Below are positions 42,251 through 55,019 of a stretch of 64,000 nt of DNA, one piece after another. The notes beneath the pieces were generated by a model that saw only the letters and a program-made list of their open reading frames with translations, was not told the DNA's origin and made no database searches. The position numbers and the translations under genes are program-made. The stretch lies in NCBI GenBank assembly GCA_951406725.2, contig OX597823.1, positions 87,730,001-87,794,000 on the forward strand, in the 5' to 3' direction. The DNA is from Octopus vulgaris (lineage: Eukaryota). Every line of letters starts with the position of its first letter. Position 1 is the stretch's first letter.

Positions 42251-44279
42251 CTTCTTCTTCTTCTTCTTCTTCTTCTTCTTCTTCTTCTTCTTCTTCTTCT
42301 TCTTCTTCTTCTTCTTCTTCTTCTTCTTCTTCTTCATATTTGTAAGGTGGTATGATTCTTGTTTGTATTAGTCAGGTTCCTTAAATACTGAGAACAGTTT
42401 TTTGTTTTGCTCGTGTTTTGCCGCTATTTGTATTAGTTTTCCTTCCTTCTGAAGTAGATATGGTGGTTATTTTATAGTTGTTTTCCAGCTCTATAAGGCC
42501 TCTACCACCTTCTATATGTTGTATATATAGTCTTTCTATGTCAGATTTTGGGTGATGCATCCTAGATCCTGTCATTATTTTTCTTGTTTTCCTATCTATT
42601 TTGGTCAGTTCATTTAGTGTCCAGTTAAGGATATTGTAGCTGTAAATTATAACTGGGACAGCTAAAGTGTTAATACCTATTATCTTGTTTTTAGCATTGA
42701 GCTCTGTTTTTAGTATTGATTTAACTCGTCTATAATATTCTTTTTTTTATTTTCTCTTTCATTTGTGTGTGTTGTGTCTTATCTAGTTCATGGATTCCTA
42801 AGTATTTGTAAGTTTGGCTTTGGTCTAATTCTTTTATTTCATTGGTTTTATCTAGTGTGATGTTGCTACTCTTAACTAGTTTTCCTCTTTTCATGGTTAC
42901 TTTGGTGCATTTTTCTAATCCAAATTTCATATCTATTTCTTTGGTAAATCCATAAACTGTAATAGTGTTTCCAGCTGTTTGTCATTTGCAGCGTATAGTT
43001 TTAGGTCATCCATATATAAAAGGTGTCTGATCGTTTTGCCGTAACATTTATATCCGCATCCAGTTCTATTTAGCATATCAGATAGAGGTGACAGTGCCAA
43101 GCAGAAAAGGAGTGGAGAGAGCGTATCTCCCTGGAATATTCCTCTTCTAATGGGGATGGCTTTGGTTTTCATGAGTCCCTCTTTTGTTTGGAGCTGTAGC
43201 ACTGTTTGCCATTTATTCATAGAGTGCCCTATGAATTTTATAATTGTTGGTGCTACTTTGTTAATGGCTAGTGTTTCGAGGATCCATGTGTGGGGGATGC
43301 TATCAAACGCCTTTTTGTAGTCGATCCAGGCCATACTGAGGCCTTTCTTCTTTCTGTGGCTGTCTTCAGTTATGGCTTTATTAATCATTAGTTGATCTTA
43401 ACAGCCATATGAGCCTTTGCGGCATCCTCTCTGCTCTTCTGGGAACAGGTTGTTTTCGTCCAGGTGCTTGTTCAAACTTTGCGACATCACTGCAGTAAAT
43501 GCTTTGTACATTGTAGGGAGACAGGTTATTGGTCTGTAGATTTCTGGCTTTGCTGTTTCATTTGATTTTGGAATTAAGATCGTTTTCCCCTTCGCGAGCC
43601 ATTCAGGCATTGTCTCTAGCTCTGCTAGTATGTTGTTAAAGTTTTCAGCTAGCTTTTTGTGCATTCCTGTTAGATATTTCAACCAGAAGTTGGGGATCTT
43701 GTCATACCCAGGTGCCTTCCAGTTGCTTAGTCTTTGCACTGCCTGGGTGACCTCTTCAGTTGTTATGGGGGTCCAAAGTTGCTCAGATGCTGAGTTTGTT
43801 GTTTTAATACTCCTTTTTTTTTGTTGTTCGTTCGCCGACCATATTTCTCTCCAGAATTCTTCCACTTTTTCTGCCGTTGGTGCTGCTGTGATTTCTATTT
43901 TATTTTTGCCAAGTTCTTGGTAGAACGTTTTGGGGTTGGGGTTGAACTTTTGGTTTTGTTCAAAGAAGCGCTGGCGTTTCTCGTACCGGCGAATCCTTTG
44001 TGCTTTTGCAAGGATATCTTGCTTCAGCTTTTCTTATATCTCAGGTAAATCTTTTTCTGTGATGGTATATTTGCGGAGTATTTTTGTTTTCTTTTTGTTG
44101 CTCAGTAGCGTTGATTGTCTATTGATTTCATTAAGAATCGACAGATCTTTTCTCATTTTTTGTATTTTGTTTTGGATGTTATTTATCCACAGGGTTCGTT
44201 TGGGTGGTGGTACTCCTGTTTGGATGGGTTTGAGTGAGTATCCAGCTTCTTTTGTGGCTGCTGTGGCTGCTGCGTGTAC
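41264..44279 (-). mobile_element. 5'-truncated R4/Dong-like RLE non-LTR retrotransposon (frameshifted RT, CCHC knuckle, RLE, 3' UTR) inserted in (TAA)n
   Basis: ORF pieces contain KAPGYDKIPNFWLK, YRPITCLPTMYK, WIDYKKAFDSIPH, RRGIFQGDTLSPLLF, HLLYMDDLKLY, KFGLEKC, AAQDQSL, CRICGDGQETMNHIISSC, RHD and PDIVV...FLIDVSIP. (TTA)n on both sides. Confidence 0.95.
42221..42335. repeat. (TTC)n tract inside the retrotransposon coding region
   Basis: Seen directly. Confidence 0.95.
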
Positions 44280-44306
44280 TTATTATTATTATTATTATTA
44301 TTATTA

Positions 44307-44943
<637 letters not shown>

Positions 44944-45025
44944 GTCGTCATCATCATCATCATTATTATTATTATTATTTTTATTTTTATTATTATTATT
45001 TTTATTATTATTATTATTATTATTA

Positions 45026-45062
<37 letters not shown>

Positions 45063-45151
45063 TCTTATTATTATTATTATTATTATTATTATTGTTGTTG
45101 TTGTTGTTGTTTTTATTATCATTGTTGTTGTTGTTGTTTTTGTTTTTGTTG

Positions 45152-45527
45152 TGGAGGCGCAATGGCCCAGTGGGTAGAGCAGCGGTCTCGCGTTCGTGGG
45201 ATTAGGGTTTTGATTCCCAGACGGGGCGTTGTGAGTGTTTTTTTTAGCCAAAACACCTAAAGCTCCACGAGGCTCCGGCAGGGGTAGTTGGGGAACCCTG
45301 CTGTATTCTTTCACCACATCTTCCTCTCACTCTTTCTTCCTGTTTCTGTTGTACTTGTATTTCAAAGGCCCAGTTTGTCACACACTGTGCCACGCTGAAT
45401 CTCCCTGAGAACTACATTAAGGGTACACGTGACTGTGGAGTGCTCATTCACTTACGCGTTAATTTCACGATGAAGCTGTTCCGTTGATCGGATCAACTGG
45501 AACCCTCGTAACCGAAAGAGTGCCACA
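45152..45527 (+). mobile_element. SINE family C, full length
   Basis: tRNA-like head ggaggcgcaatggcccagtgggtagagc...gttttgattccc; tail shared with family D. Confidence 0.92.
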
Positions 45528-45541
45528 ATTATTATTATTAA

Positions 45542-45590
<49 letters not shown>

Positions 45591-45640
45591 ATCATCATCA
45601 TCATCATCAGTAGTAGTAGTAGTTGTAGTAGTAGTAGTGT

Positions 45641-45672
<32 letters not shown>

Positions 45673-46033
45673 ATAATTGTAGTCCTGGTACTACTCTATT
45701 TCTGCTACTGCGACTAAAAATATTATTTTAATATTTTTGCTGATTCTGATATTATTATTTTCGTTTCCGTTAGTAGTTTAGTAGTTGGTAACAAGAATTA
45801 AAACATTTAAAATTATTTTAAATGTCTGCAGTAATTCTAGAGGGGAAATGGCAAAATTTCATTTGCAAGAACAAAAGTAAAAAAATACAACACAAAAATT
45901 ACATTTAAAATAAACAACTGCTTTTCGTAGTCATTAGTTTGCATTAATGGCAGCGTAAAAGGGAGGCGTAGCGAAGCAAACATAGAAATATATTTGAAGA
46001 TAAACATACATACATATGCAAGTATGTTCGTAT

Positions 46034-46072
<39 letters not shown>

Positions 46073-46084
46073 TTCTATCTATCT

Positions 46085-46125
<41 letters not shown>

Positions 46126-46238
46126 AATTTACCCCGGAGTAAACACATAAATGTGAAACAAGGTGGGAAAAAAGTGTACTCAAATACCAGTGGTAGAGTA
46201 ATATGCTTTATTTAAAGCAGCAGAAAATTCAACAAAAT

Positions 46239-46276
46239 CTGTTACTCTGAGTTTCTCGTTGCCGCTCATCAGACAG
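46239..46276 (-). ncRNA. Minimal type-I hammerhead ribozyme, intact core, in a TA-flanked segment (46124-46290)
   Basis: Minus strand: ctgt-CTGATGA-gcg(gcaa)cga-GAAA-ctcagag-TA-acag. Confidence 0.8.
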
Positions 46277-47178
46277 TTTTTGCTAGAATATATAAATATA
46301 TAGAATATATAAATGTATATATAAATGTATGCATATGTATGTGTGTGCGTATACATATTTATATGACTACACGTATATATACCCACCCACGTATATATAT
46401 ATGTGTGTGTGCGTGTGTGTATGTGTCTGAAGGGAAACTAACCATGAGAGGGAGTACTAGTATTACAGTTTGCTTATTATTTAGTCGGAATCCACATTTG
46501 GCGGGGCGCAAAACTCATCTACAAAGCAAAAAATAAGCAAAAGGGCTATGCTTATTAAATATTTTGTTAATTCACCCTACGCTACTTCCATTCACAAAAA
46601 ATATTATAATTTATATAAACTACATAATCCAGTTGCATTGTCACATCTGCCTTCAAAAAAAGCTTATCTCACTTTCTGAATTGTGATGGATTGTTGAAAG
46701 TTCGTTAATTTTATCGAACCCAAAAATAATATTTACTTATGAATAATAAGAAGATTGTTTTAATGATCAGACGACATTAAGGTGACAGCTGAAGAAAATG
46801 GATCCAATTTCAGCTCAACTCAAATATTCTATGTACCTTGTAAATAATAGTTTAAGAGCTTTTGTAACAACAGTAGATTTTAGAGCTTTTGTAACCATTG
46901 GCCCCAGGAGGCCTCACTAGTTGTGATTACACGAATCTAAAATCTCAGCGCATAAAATAAAAGCTGCGAGATTCATTTAGCAATGTCTCTTTCGTATCTA
47001 CGGCAGTTATTAAAAAAATTGCGTGGGTAGAATTAGAGAAAGAATTCTAGCTGTAACACAAGGGTTAATGTACAGTTATGTCTTTCCACACATAACTATC
47101 CAGAGTTCGACTTGCTTCAAATATAGCATGTCCAAATTTCGAATTACTTCAACAAAAGTTTAAGACTATGCCTCTCAA

Positions 47179-47476
47179 TATTTCGTTTTTGTATTTGGTT
47201 TGCAAGATTCTTTATATGAGTTCGTGTGTTGAAGCATATCCTGTTGTGTCTGGGGAGAGTCATTTTCTTTTTGTGCCTTATAATGTAACATACTCACCGG
47301 TAAAATTTCCACTTTTTTCTTATTTTTATTTTCCTAAAATTTTCGTATTCAAAAGTTTGCTAGACGCAAAGAAAATTTTAGGAAAATAAAAATAAGAAAA
47401 AAGTTGAAATTTTACCGGTGAGTGTGTTACATCATAAGGCACAAAAAGAAAATGACTCTCCCCAGACACAACAGAA
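47179..47476. mobile_element. Inverted pLTR-like insertion with a 12-bp TSD
   Basis: ~110-bp inverted arms 47234-47344 and 47371-47481. Direct repeat tatgcctctcaa at 47167-47178 and 47477-47488. Confidence 0.8.
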
Positions 47477-48929
47477 TATGCCTCTCAAATTATACCGATA
47501 TGCTGCTTCAGAAATCTAATGTTAATACAAGTTGTTGCGTTTTACAGACAATCACAAAATCAATATCTCACAGCAGTCGTCTACCTTCTACCGTCATTTC
47601 TTTTTATTTTATTGGAGTGATACAAATCATTGCTGAATCATCGAGAATTGAAACCTGAATGTAAAAGGCCGAAGCTAAATACCACAAGGCGTTTTATAAG
47701 AAGTCTCAGAGATTTCACCCAACGACCGTCTCACGTGCGCAGGTATAGAAATTGTTCATTATTTGCGTGTTGTGGCAGTCTGGATAACTTTGAAATAGAG
47801 AATAAGATATCAAGAAAGCTGGATGAAAAGGAATTGAAAGATTCATTGTTAATTTTAAATAAGATTGGTCAGATCAATGGTGCCTACATTGCTGAAAGCG
47901 AGAATAACGTTGACTGGAGAACTAAGATATCTAAAGAATAGAATACTACATGACATAAAATGAAATCGAAGAGAGAAAGCATTCTAAACAGTATCTCATT
48001 CACGAGGGAGATGCATTGAAAATAACTATTCTAGAGGAATATGGAGGAATGATAAAAAAAGAAATAAAAAAAGGCCTTGGTGACAATAGACCATATATTA
48101 AAATCTTTGCACGCAAAGCTGAAAATACAGCGAGAGTATTTGATATGCTTTTTACGTAGAAGGTAACTAAATTCTATAATACTTCTTGAGATGGACTGTG
48201 GAGAGATAAAGAAAATGAAAGTAGTGTTACTAATAAATCTAGAAGAAGGTGATAGAAATATACTCCTGCAGTTACCGTATCAAATTGGCGAAAGTTGTTA
48301 AATGAAATATATATTTAAATATAGTAAATGTAGTAAATATGTAAGATTTTCCTATTACTATTGAGAAAACCGAGAACATTGAGATTAAAGGAGGAGCACA
48401 ATTGTCAAGAACAAGGTGTATAGCAAAGGAGGAAATAATTTCAAAGGAACTAATGAAGAAAGACGTATTTTGGAATATGTGAATCAATGGCCATAATTTT
48501 AAAAATCTGTCTTGAACCTGCGCCAAATCTCGAAGTGTTTTAGAGAAACGAAAGCAATATTGGGAATAGCGTTTTTCATGAACTAACATTAAATCTTTGA
48601 AATCTTATTTCTCAGCAGATTTTAAGTAGTACTTCATTTGCAGGCAAATAATGGGCTCCACGTTGAAGCAACGTGCCAATATAGAGTACTTGACGAAAGT
48701 GGAGACAAGCTATCCAGCATCCATAGAAAGTTGAAAGTATTTTTACCGAGATAACGCTATTTACAACAGTATGCACAGAAGACAAATTTTCGCATTGGGG
48801 CACTATCAACATATGATGTGAATCCCCAAGGCATATCGAACTCTTTCGCCCAGATAATCTGTGATATTTCTATTAACTTTTAAACATTTGGACTGCGATC
48901 ACTGTGAGTTACAAAACAGAGTGGAATTG

Positions 48930-49600
48930 CGTGAGTATCAGAAAGTGAGCGAAAGTGGGTGCCCCGTGAGTTGACACTCGATTTGCGGGAGAGAAGCCAA
49001 TTTAGAAACGATTATTTTTCCGATTTCATGGCAGGGCTTAAAACTGGAGTGTATCCTTGTGAGCAAAAGAAATTTTGCTCTATGTGTCTATGATGACACA
49101 TCTCTTTTCGAGAACCAGCATTCAGAGCAGAATATTATGTTGAATGCTTGTTGAAAGTTCAATGCTTTCATTTTCTTTGATGGTGTGGCACATCGCGACT
49201 CATAACGCTTGAAGTAATCATTTAGAGGAAGAAACCGATCATGAATATGAAATGGATCTACGCATAACGCCTGACCGCATTTATCTTCCAACACAAATGA
49301 GACAATCTGAAAATATGGCTGGTCACGATTGGCGCATCAAACATGCACTCTGAACCTGGCGGCATCCGACTTCCATTTGTTTTGTCCAATGATGGATAGT
49401 GATCCAGGACAATTATTTGGTGAAGCAGGTGAGGGAAACTGAAATTAGGAAATTAGTGCTACACCGAAAATCTGGAAGTTTTCGAAGACGTTTCAAGAGT
49501 GGGGATCAACTATTGGGAAAATGCATAGCTTGTGATAGGGACCTAGTGAGTCTAATCACAAAATAAAAACGCTTTAAATAACAGAGATACATTCCTTGAG
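48930..49600 (+). mobile_element. Highly degenerate mariner transposase remnant
   Basis: LNLAASDFHLF at about 49351-49383 resembles the mariner (Y)SPDLAPSDFHLF motif; gaaaatgcatagcttgtgataggg resembles the C-terminal KCI...GDY. Boundaries approximate. Confidence 0.6.
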
Positions 49601-50151
49601 ACTGGTCAGAAATTGATCAGATTGAGAACAACTGCAATATAGTGCTGGTCAACATCACTACAATACGCTATATTATTCAAACACTAGCTGCACCCCTGAC
49701 TTATAGTCTATACTCTCTAAGCAATATCAAATGTAGAGAAATTGACCGGAAAATACCAATATCATATTATTTTACTGCAATAACTCAACCCAAAAACTTA
49801 TATGCGCTCACAGAGAGTGAGAAAGAGAGAGAGAGAGAAAGAGAAAGAGTGGGGAGAGCAATATTCATACCCACTGATCAAGAAAGATAGAGAGTTAGTA
49901 TTTATCATGGCTAATTGAGAGGTATCTATATTTGTTCAGTGAAGTAATTTGGATTAACTATCGAAAATGGTTTCCCATTCAGATGGAGATTTCGACAATA
50001 ACGGCCAGAGAGATATTCGAGTGAATAATTGAGTGCAGCGTTGTGTCAGTTTCTATTCTGCTAAGATCAGTTTCAATGTGATTGAGAAGTGAGGGGACGT
50101 GCCACTAAATCCCCTGTTAAAAATCACTTGACTGAAATTGCGTAGAACGCT

Positions 50152-50152
50152 T

Positions 50153-50201
<49 letters not shown>

Positions 50202-50208
50202 GGTGGTG

Positions 50209-50263
<55 letters not shown>

Positions 50264-50585
50264 GAGCAGCAGTAGCAACAGTAGTAGCAGCAGCAGCAGT
50301 AGTAATAGTAGTAACAGCAACAGCAGCAGATAAGAAAGAAAGAGTAGGAAGAAGATGAAGAAGAAGAAAGAAAGAGTACGAAGAAGAAGAAGAAGAAGAA
50401 GAAAGAAAGAGTAGGAAGAAGAAGAAGAAGAAGAAGAAGAAGAAGAAGAAGAAGAAGAGAGAAGAAGAAAAAGAAGAAGAAGAAGAAGAAGAAGAAGAAG
50501 AAGAAGAAGAAGAAGAAGAAGAAGAAGAAGAAGAAGAAGAAGAAGAAGAAGAAGAAGAAGAAGAAGAAGAAGAAGGAGAAGAAAG
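50152..50585. repeat. Compound (TAG)(TGG)(CAG)(GAA) microsatellite
   Basis: Seen directly. Confidence 0.95.
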
Positions 50586-50775
50586 GTGGAGGAAGGGTGG
50601 CAGGAAATGGATAAATTGTAATATTCGTGCTGCTAAATCGTTAGGAGCACTAAGCCGTTGGTAACAAATGCAACGTTTTCCTGTACAGTGCCATCTAACA
50701 TTTTGGTTGCTGCACAAAAAAAAAAGAAAAGCCCTGAGACGCTAAACGATGCTGTTACAATTACAGAATAAGTGC

Positions 50776-50910
50776 TGACCCCAGCACTTATTCTTTGTAA
50801 GCCCGGTACTTATTCTATCGGTCTCTTTTGTCGAACCGCTATGTTAGGAGGAGGTAAACACACTAGCATCAGTGTCAAGCGATGGCGGTGGTGGAACAAA
50901 CACAGACATA
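50776..50910 (-). mobile_element. SINE family A internal fragment
   Basis: cttattctttgtaagcc.ggtacttattctatcggtctctttt. Confidence 0.85.
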
Positions 50911-50996
50911 CAAATAGATACATGCATACATACATACATATATACATACATACATACATACATACATACATACATACATACATACATACATTCATA

Positions 50997-51041
<45 letters not shown>

Positions 51042-51043
<2 letters not shown>

Positions 51044-51581
51044 GTTTCTTTACAGAAAAAAACTTCATCAAAAAAGTGGCAGCATATTTAAATACCTTTA
51101 AAGGTTAAAATTATAAACAACTTATGAAGAAGGGCAAAAGAAAATTATTTCTATGCCAACATGCTGATAACAGACTTTTAAATCGTCCATTTCCACATAA
51201 TATTATATACCCACCACAGAAATACGTTGTGCTGAAATCGGGGAAAGCTGGCCAAAAGAATTAAAAAAAAAAAAGTTCGTTATTTCTATATTGAATCCAG
51301 TTCGGAATTAATCTCATAATAGATTTTTTCCTAGTCAGTAGAAAATACGAATACAAATAAATGAAATACCAACAAGCACCCATGGAAAAAAGCCGAAGCA
51401 AAATCATGAGTACACATAAGTACCCCAGATATATCTAAATATAAAAACCTTTGGTTAGCCTCAGTACATTTGCGAACTGTTCTCCACCACAGCTTATAGT
51501 GGTTACCAGTCCGTATAGCGAATAATAATAAATCGCCTACAAATATAGGATGAAGTTTTTTTACAGAAAAAACTTCATCAA

Positions 51582-51645
<64 letters not shown>

Positions 51646-52108
51646 TCTTTACAGAAAAATGCTTCATAAAAAAAGTGGCAGCATATTTAAATACCTTTAA
51701 AGGTTAAAATTATAAACAACTTATAAACAAGAGCAAAAGAAAATTATTTCTATGCTAACATGCTGATAACAGACTTTTAAATCGTCAATTTCCACAGTTC
51801 GTTATTTCTATATTGAATCCAGTTCGGAATTAATCCCATAATAGATTTTTTCCTCGTCAGTAGAAAATACGAATACAAATAAATGAAATACCAACAAGCA
51901 CCCATGGAAAAAAGCCGAGACAAAAGTCATGAGTACACATAAGTACCCCAGATATATCTAAATATAAAAACCTTTGGTTAGCCTCAGTACATTTGCGAAC
52001 TGTTCTCCACCACAGCTTATAGTGGTTACCAGTCCGTATAGCGAATAATAATAAATCGCCTACAAATATAGGATGAAGTTTTTTTACAGAAAAAACTTCA
52101 TCAAAGAT
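51042..52108. repeat. Tandem duplication of an unclassified ~540-bp TA-flanked unit (51042-51583 and 51641-52108)
   Basis: Near-identical copies separated by (TA)n; the second lacks about 80 bp internally. Confidence 0.9.
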
Positions 52109-52110
52109 AT

Positions 52111-52200
<90 letters not shown>

Positions 52201-52207
<7 letters not shown>

Positions 52208-53092
52208 CAAAATATACAACTGGGCTGAAAAGAATAGCATGCAGTTCAATGCTGAAAAGTTTCAAGCTTTATACTATCAGCATGCAAAACTAAATGCAAT
52301 ACCCAATAAATACACTGGACCTGGAGGGATTGCAATCCCAGAGGCACAATCAGTGCGAGACCTGGTTATTTACATGTGCATGTTGCTAAATTGGCAAGGA
52401 AATGTAGGCGGCTGATCGGATGGATTCTTAGAACGTTTAGAACAAGAGACAAGTAAACCATGATGGTCCTCTGGAGGACACTTGTCCGAAGCCACTTTGA
52501 CTATTGCTCTCAGCTATGGTCACCATCCGGTGTCAAGTTAATCACATAACTTGAGGCGATCCAACGAAGCTACACGAAGAAGATAGCTTCTGTGCAGCAT
52601 ATAAGCTACTGGGAAAGACTCAAGAGATTAAGACTTTATTCCTTAGAGCGTAGGCGAGAATGATATGCCATAATATACAGCTGGAAGATCCTAGAAGGAC
52701 TTGTCCCAAACTTTGGCATCGTGAGTTACACAAATGCTAGAACTGGGCGCCACTGCATGGTGCCAAGGACTCCAAATTTTCCATCAAGATGTAGGACAAG
52801 ATACTGTGATAGCCTGGGCTTCAGAGGCCCACAGCTCTTCAATAACCTCCCGAAGAACCTGAGAGACCTGCATGGGGTGGATGCAGATGTCTTTAACATA
52901 AAATTGGATCTCTTCCTGTCAGGTGTCCCAGATGAACCAACTTCACGGCAGGAGGTGCAGATGAGGGCAGCTGCATCGAACTCTCTCATGCACCAAATGG
53001 CAATTGCTAAAAAGCATTCGTGAAGTAAAATCATGTAGCAACATGGCCACAGCTCGTGAGCTGAAACTAGATAAATTAAAAAAAAAAAAAAG
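52201..53092 (+). mobile_element. 5'-truncated CR1-group LINE (RT C-terminus and 3' UTR)
   Basis: [58 protein letters not shown] and RGPQLFNNLP, with stops and frameshifts; ends in an A-rich tail. Confidence 0.88.
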
Positions 53093-53107
53093 AAATATAT
53101 ATATATA

Positions 53108-53258
53108 TATACGACGGGTTTTTTCAGTTTCTGCCAGCCAAATCCACTCACAAAGATTTGAAGCAGAGGACACTTGCTCAAGGTGCCACACAGTGGGACT
53201 AAACTCAAAACCATGTGGTTGGGAAGCAAGCTTCTTACCACACAACCACCCCTGCGCC
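53108..53258 (-). mobile_element. SINE family A, 5' half
   Basis: aaggtgccacacagtgggactaaac...cctgcgcc. Confidence 0.88.
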
Positions 53259-53498
53259 TATGTTAATATTTTTTATGTTTTATGGTGTTCGATGTCTAAT
53301 AGTTTTATGTGAAATATCACTGCATTCTGCATTACAGAAATGAGAAATATTTCCTTCGACTGGAGTTATGTATTTTTAATCTAGGTTTATTGAAAATCTG
53401 GTTAGTATGTATATCTAATATAAATCGAATGCTAATCATATGTAGATTAAATCAACAACAACAACAACAAAATCTGTCTGGAAACTGAAGAAATGAGC

Positions 53499-53572
<74 letters not shown>

Positions 53573-53919
53573 TATATGAATATATAGTTTGATAGGTATA
53601 AAAGAAATAGTTCGGAAGAGCAGAAATGAAGTATAAAAAAATAATGCCCTTGTTGTGATGGAAATGAAACAAACAAGTGGAAAATGTTTACTGTAGGTTT
53701 TAAAATGTTTTTGACAACCAGTAAATATAATTTACATATGGAAAGAAATTCGTTTAGGTACGACTGAGACTGAACATATAATATTATTTTCGTTCAGCAG
53801 ATTACATTCACAAATTAGGAAAGTATTAGAGTTTTCTGATTTGTAATCTCTGCTGATATATATATATTTTGATTTTGGATTTGGCTTCCAAGTTATAGAC
53901 TCTCCCCAGACACAACAGA

Positions 53920-53965
<46 letters not shown>

Positions 53966-54017
53966 ATCTGTATATATTTATATTTATATATGTATCAATA
54001 TATATATATATATACAT

Positions 54018-54386
54018 ATATTGTTTTATTTCGGAATGGTCATTTTGCCAGTTTAGCCAATAAAAACACACGCACTATATATTTGGTGTTATTTTGCTAC
54101 AGTGTTATTTACTTTTTGCATTAATCTTAATCTTTTTTCAGCCAGAGTTCTTTCGTCACACTCCTGTGACCACATCAGTGGTCCTTTGTTTTCTTCTTTC
54201 ATATTTGTGTCTCTCCTTACTAACCATCAGCCATTTTGTATTTCTATTGTATGTCTTCATTTGCGAAATAAGATTAAGATTAATGTAAAAAATAAATAAT
54301 ACTGAAGCAAAATAACACCAAGTATATGGTGCGTGTGTTTTTGTTGGCTGGGCTGGCAGAGTGACCATTCCGAAATGTAACAATAT
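54018..54386. mobile_element. Inverted-repeat pLTR-like insertion containing a hammerhead motif
   Basis: ~90-bp inverted arms 54018-54110 and 54290-54386. Confidence 0.7.
54142..54181 (-). ncRNA. Minimal hammerhead motif, slightly degenerate
   Basis: Minus strand: cca-CTGATGt-g-gtcac(aggagt)gtgac-GAAA-gaac-TC-tgg. A9 is replaced by U. Confidence 0.65.
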
Positions 54387-54446
54387 CTGTTTCAACACAC
54401 GACTTCACATAAAAAATCTTGCACAACAAATATTTAAACGTACATA

Positions 54447-54479
<33 letters not shown>

Positions 54480-54629
54480 GTATAGATATACATACACACA
54501 TGAATTTTTTAGAGTTTTCTATCGGTTTGTTTCGAGATGCATAGATTATAATGGTTTATTGACAATTATTGTCTTTTTTTTCGGCATATTTGGCATTAGA
54601 ATTTTTCTTTTGCCCTTATTTTTTTTTAT

Positions 54630-54673
54630 TATATCTAGTTTCAGCTCACGAGCTGTGGCCATGCTGGGGCACC
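54630..54673 (-). mobile_element. Very short 3'-end insertion of the CR1-group LINE
   Basis: atctagtttcagctcacgagctgtggccatg is the exact reverse complement of 53042-53072. Confidence 0.8.
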
Positions 54674-54851
54674 GACATTATCTTGTAAATTGTTTATAAA
54701 TTTAACCTTTAAAGGTATTTTTTGGTATGCTGGCAATTGATATTTTTTTTTTCCCGAAAGAATTTTTATCCTACATTAGTTATATATACATACATATATA
54801 TATACATACTCATATGCATATTTATAGACATATACATATATATATATATAT

Positions 54852-54903
<52 letters not shown>

Positions 54904-55019
54904 ACAGTAACACTATACTTCTCTTACTTAACTAATTATTACTACTAGTAATGTAACTATTTATATTATTTTATTAGCTTATGCTAATTTAGCTAGCAGG
55001 TATTTTATGTTCATATTTG

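Noticed and set aside
45152-45225. tRNA gene
   Set aside because: It is a tRNA-derived SINE head that continues into the SINE body and is repeated elsewhere.
47700-48700. Purine-rich region that might be an old LINE
   Set aside because: No convincing RT or endonuclease motif recognised.
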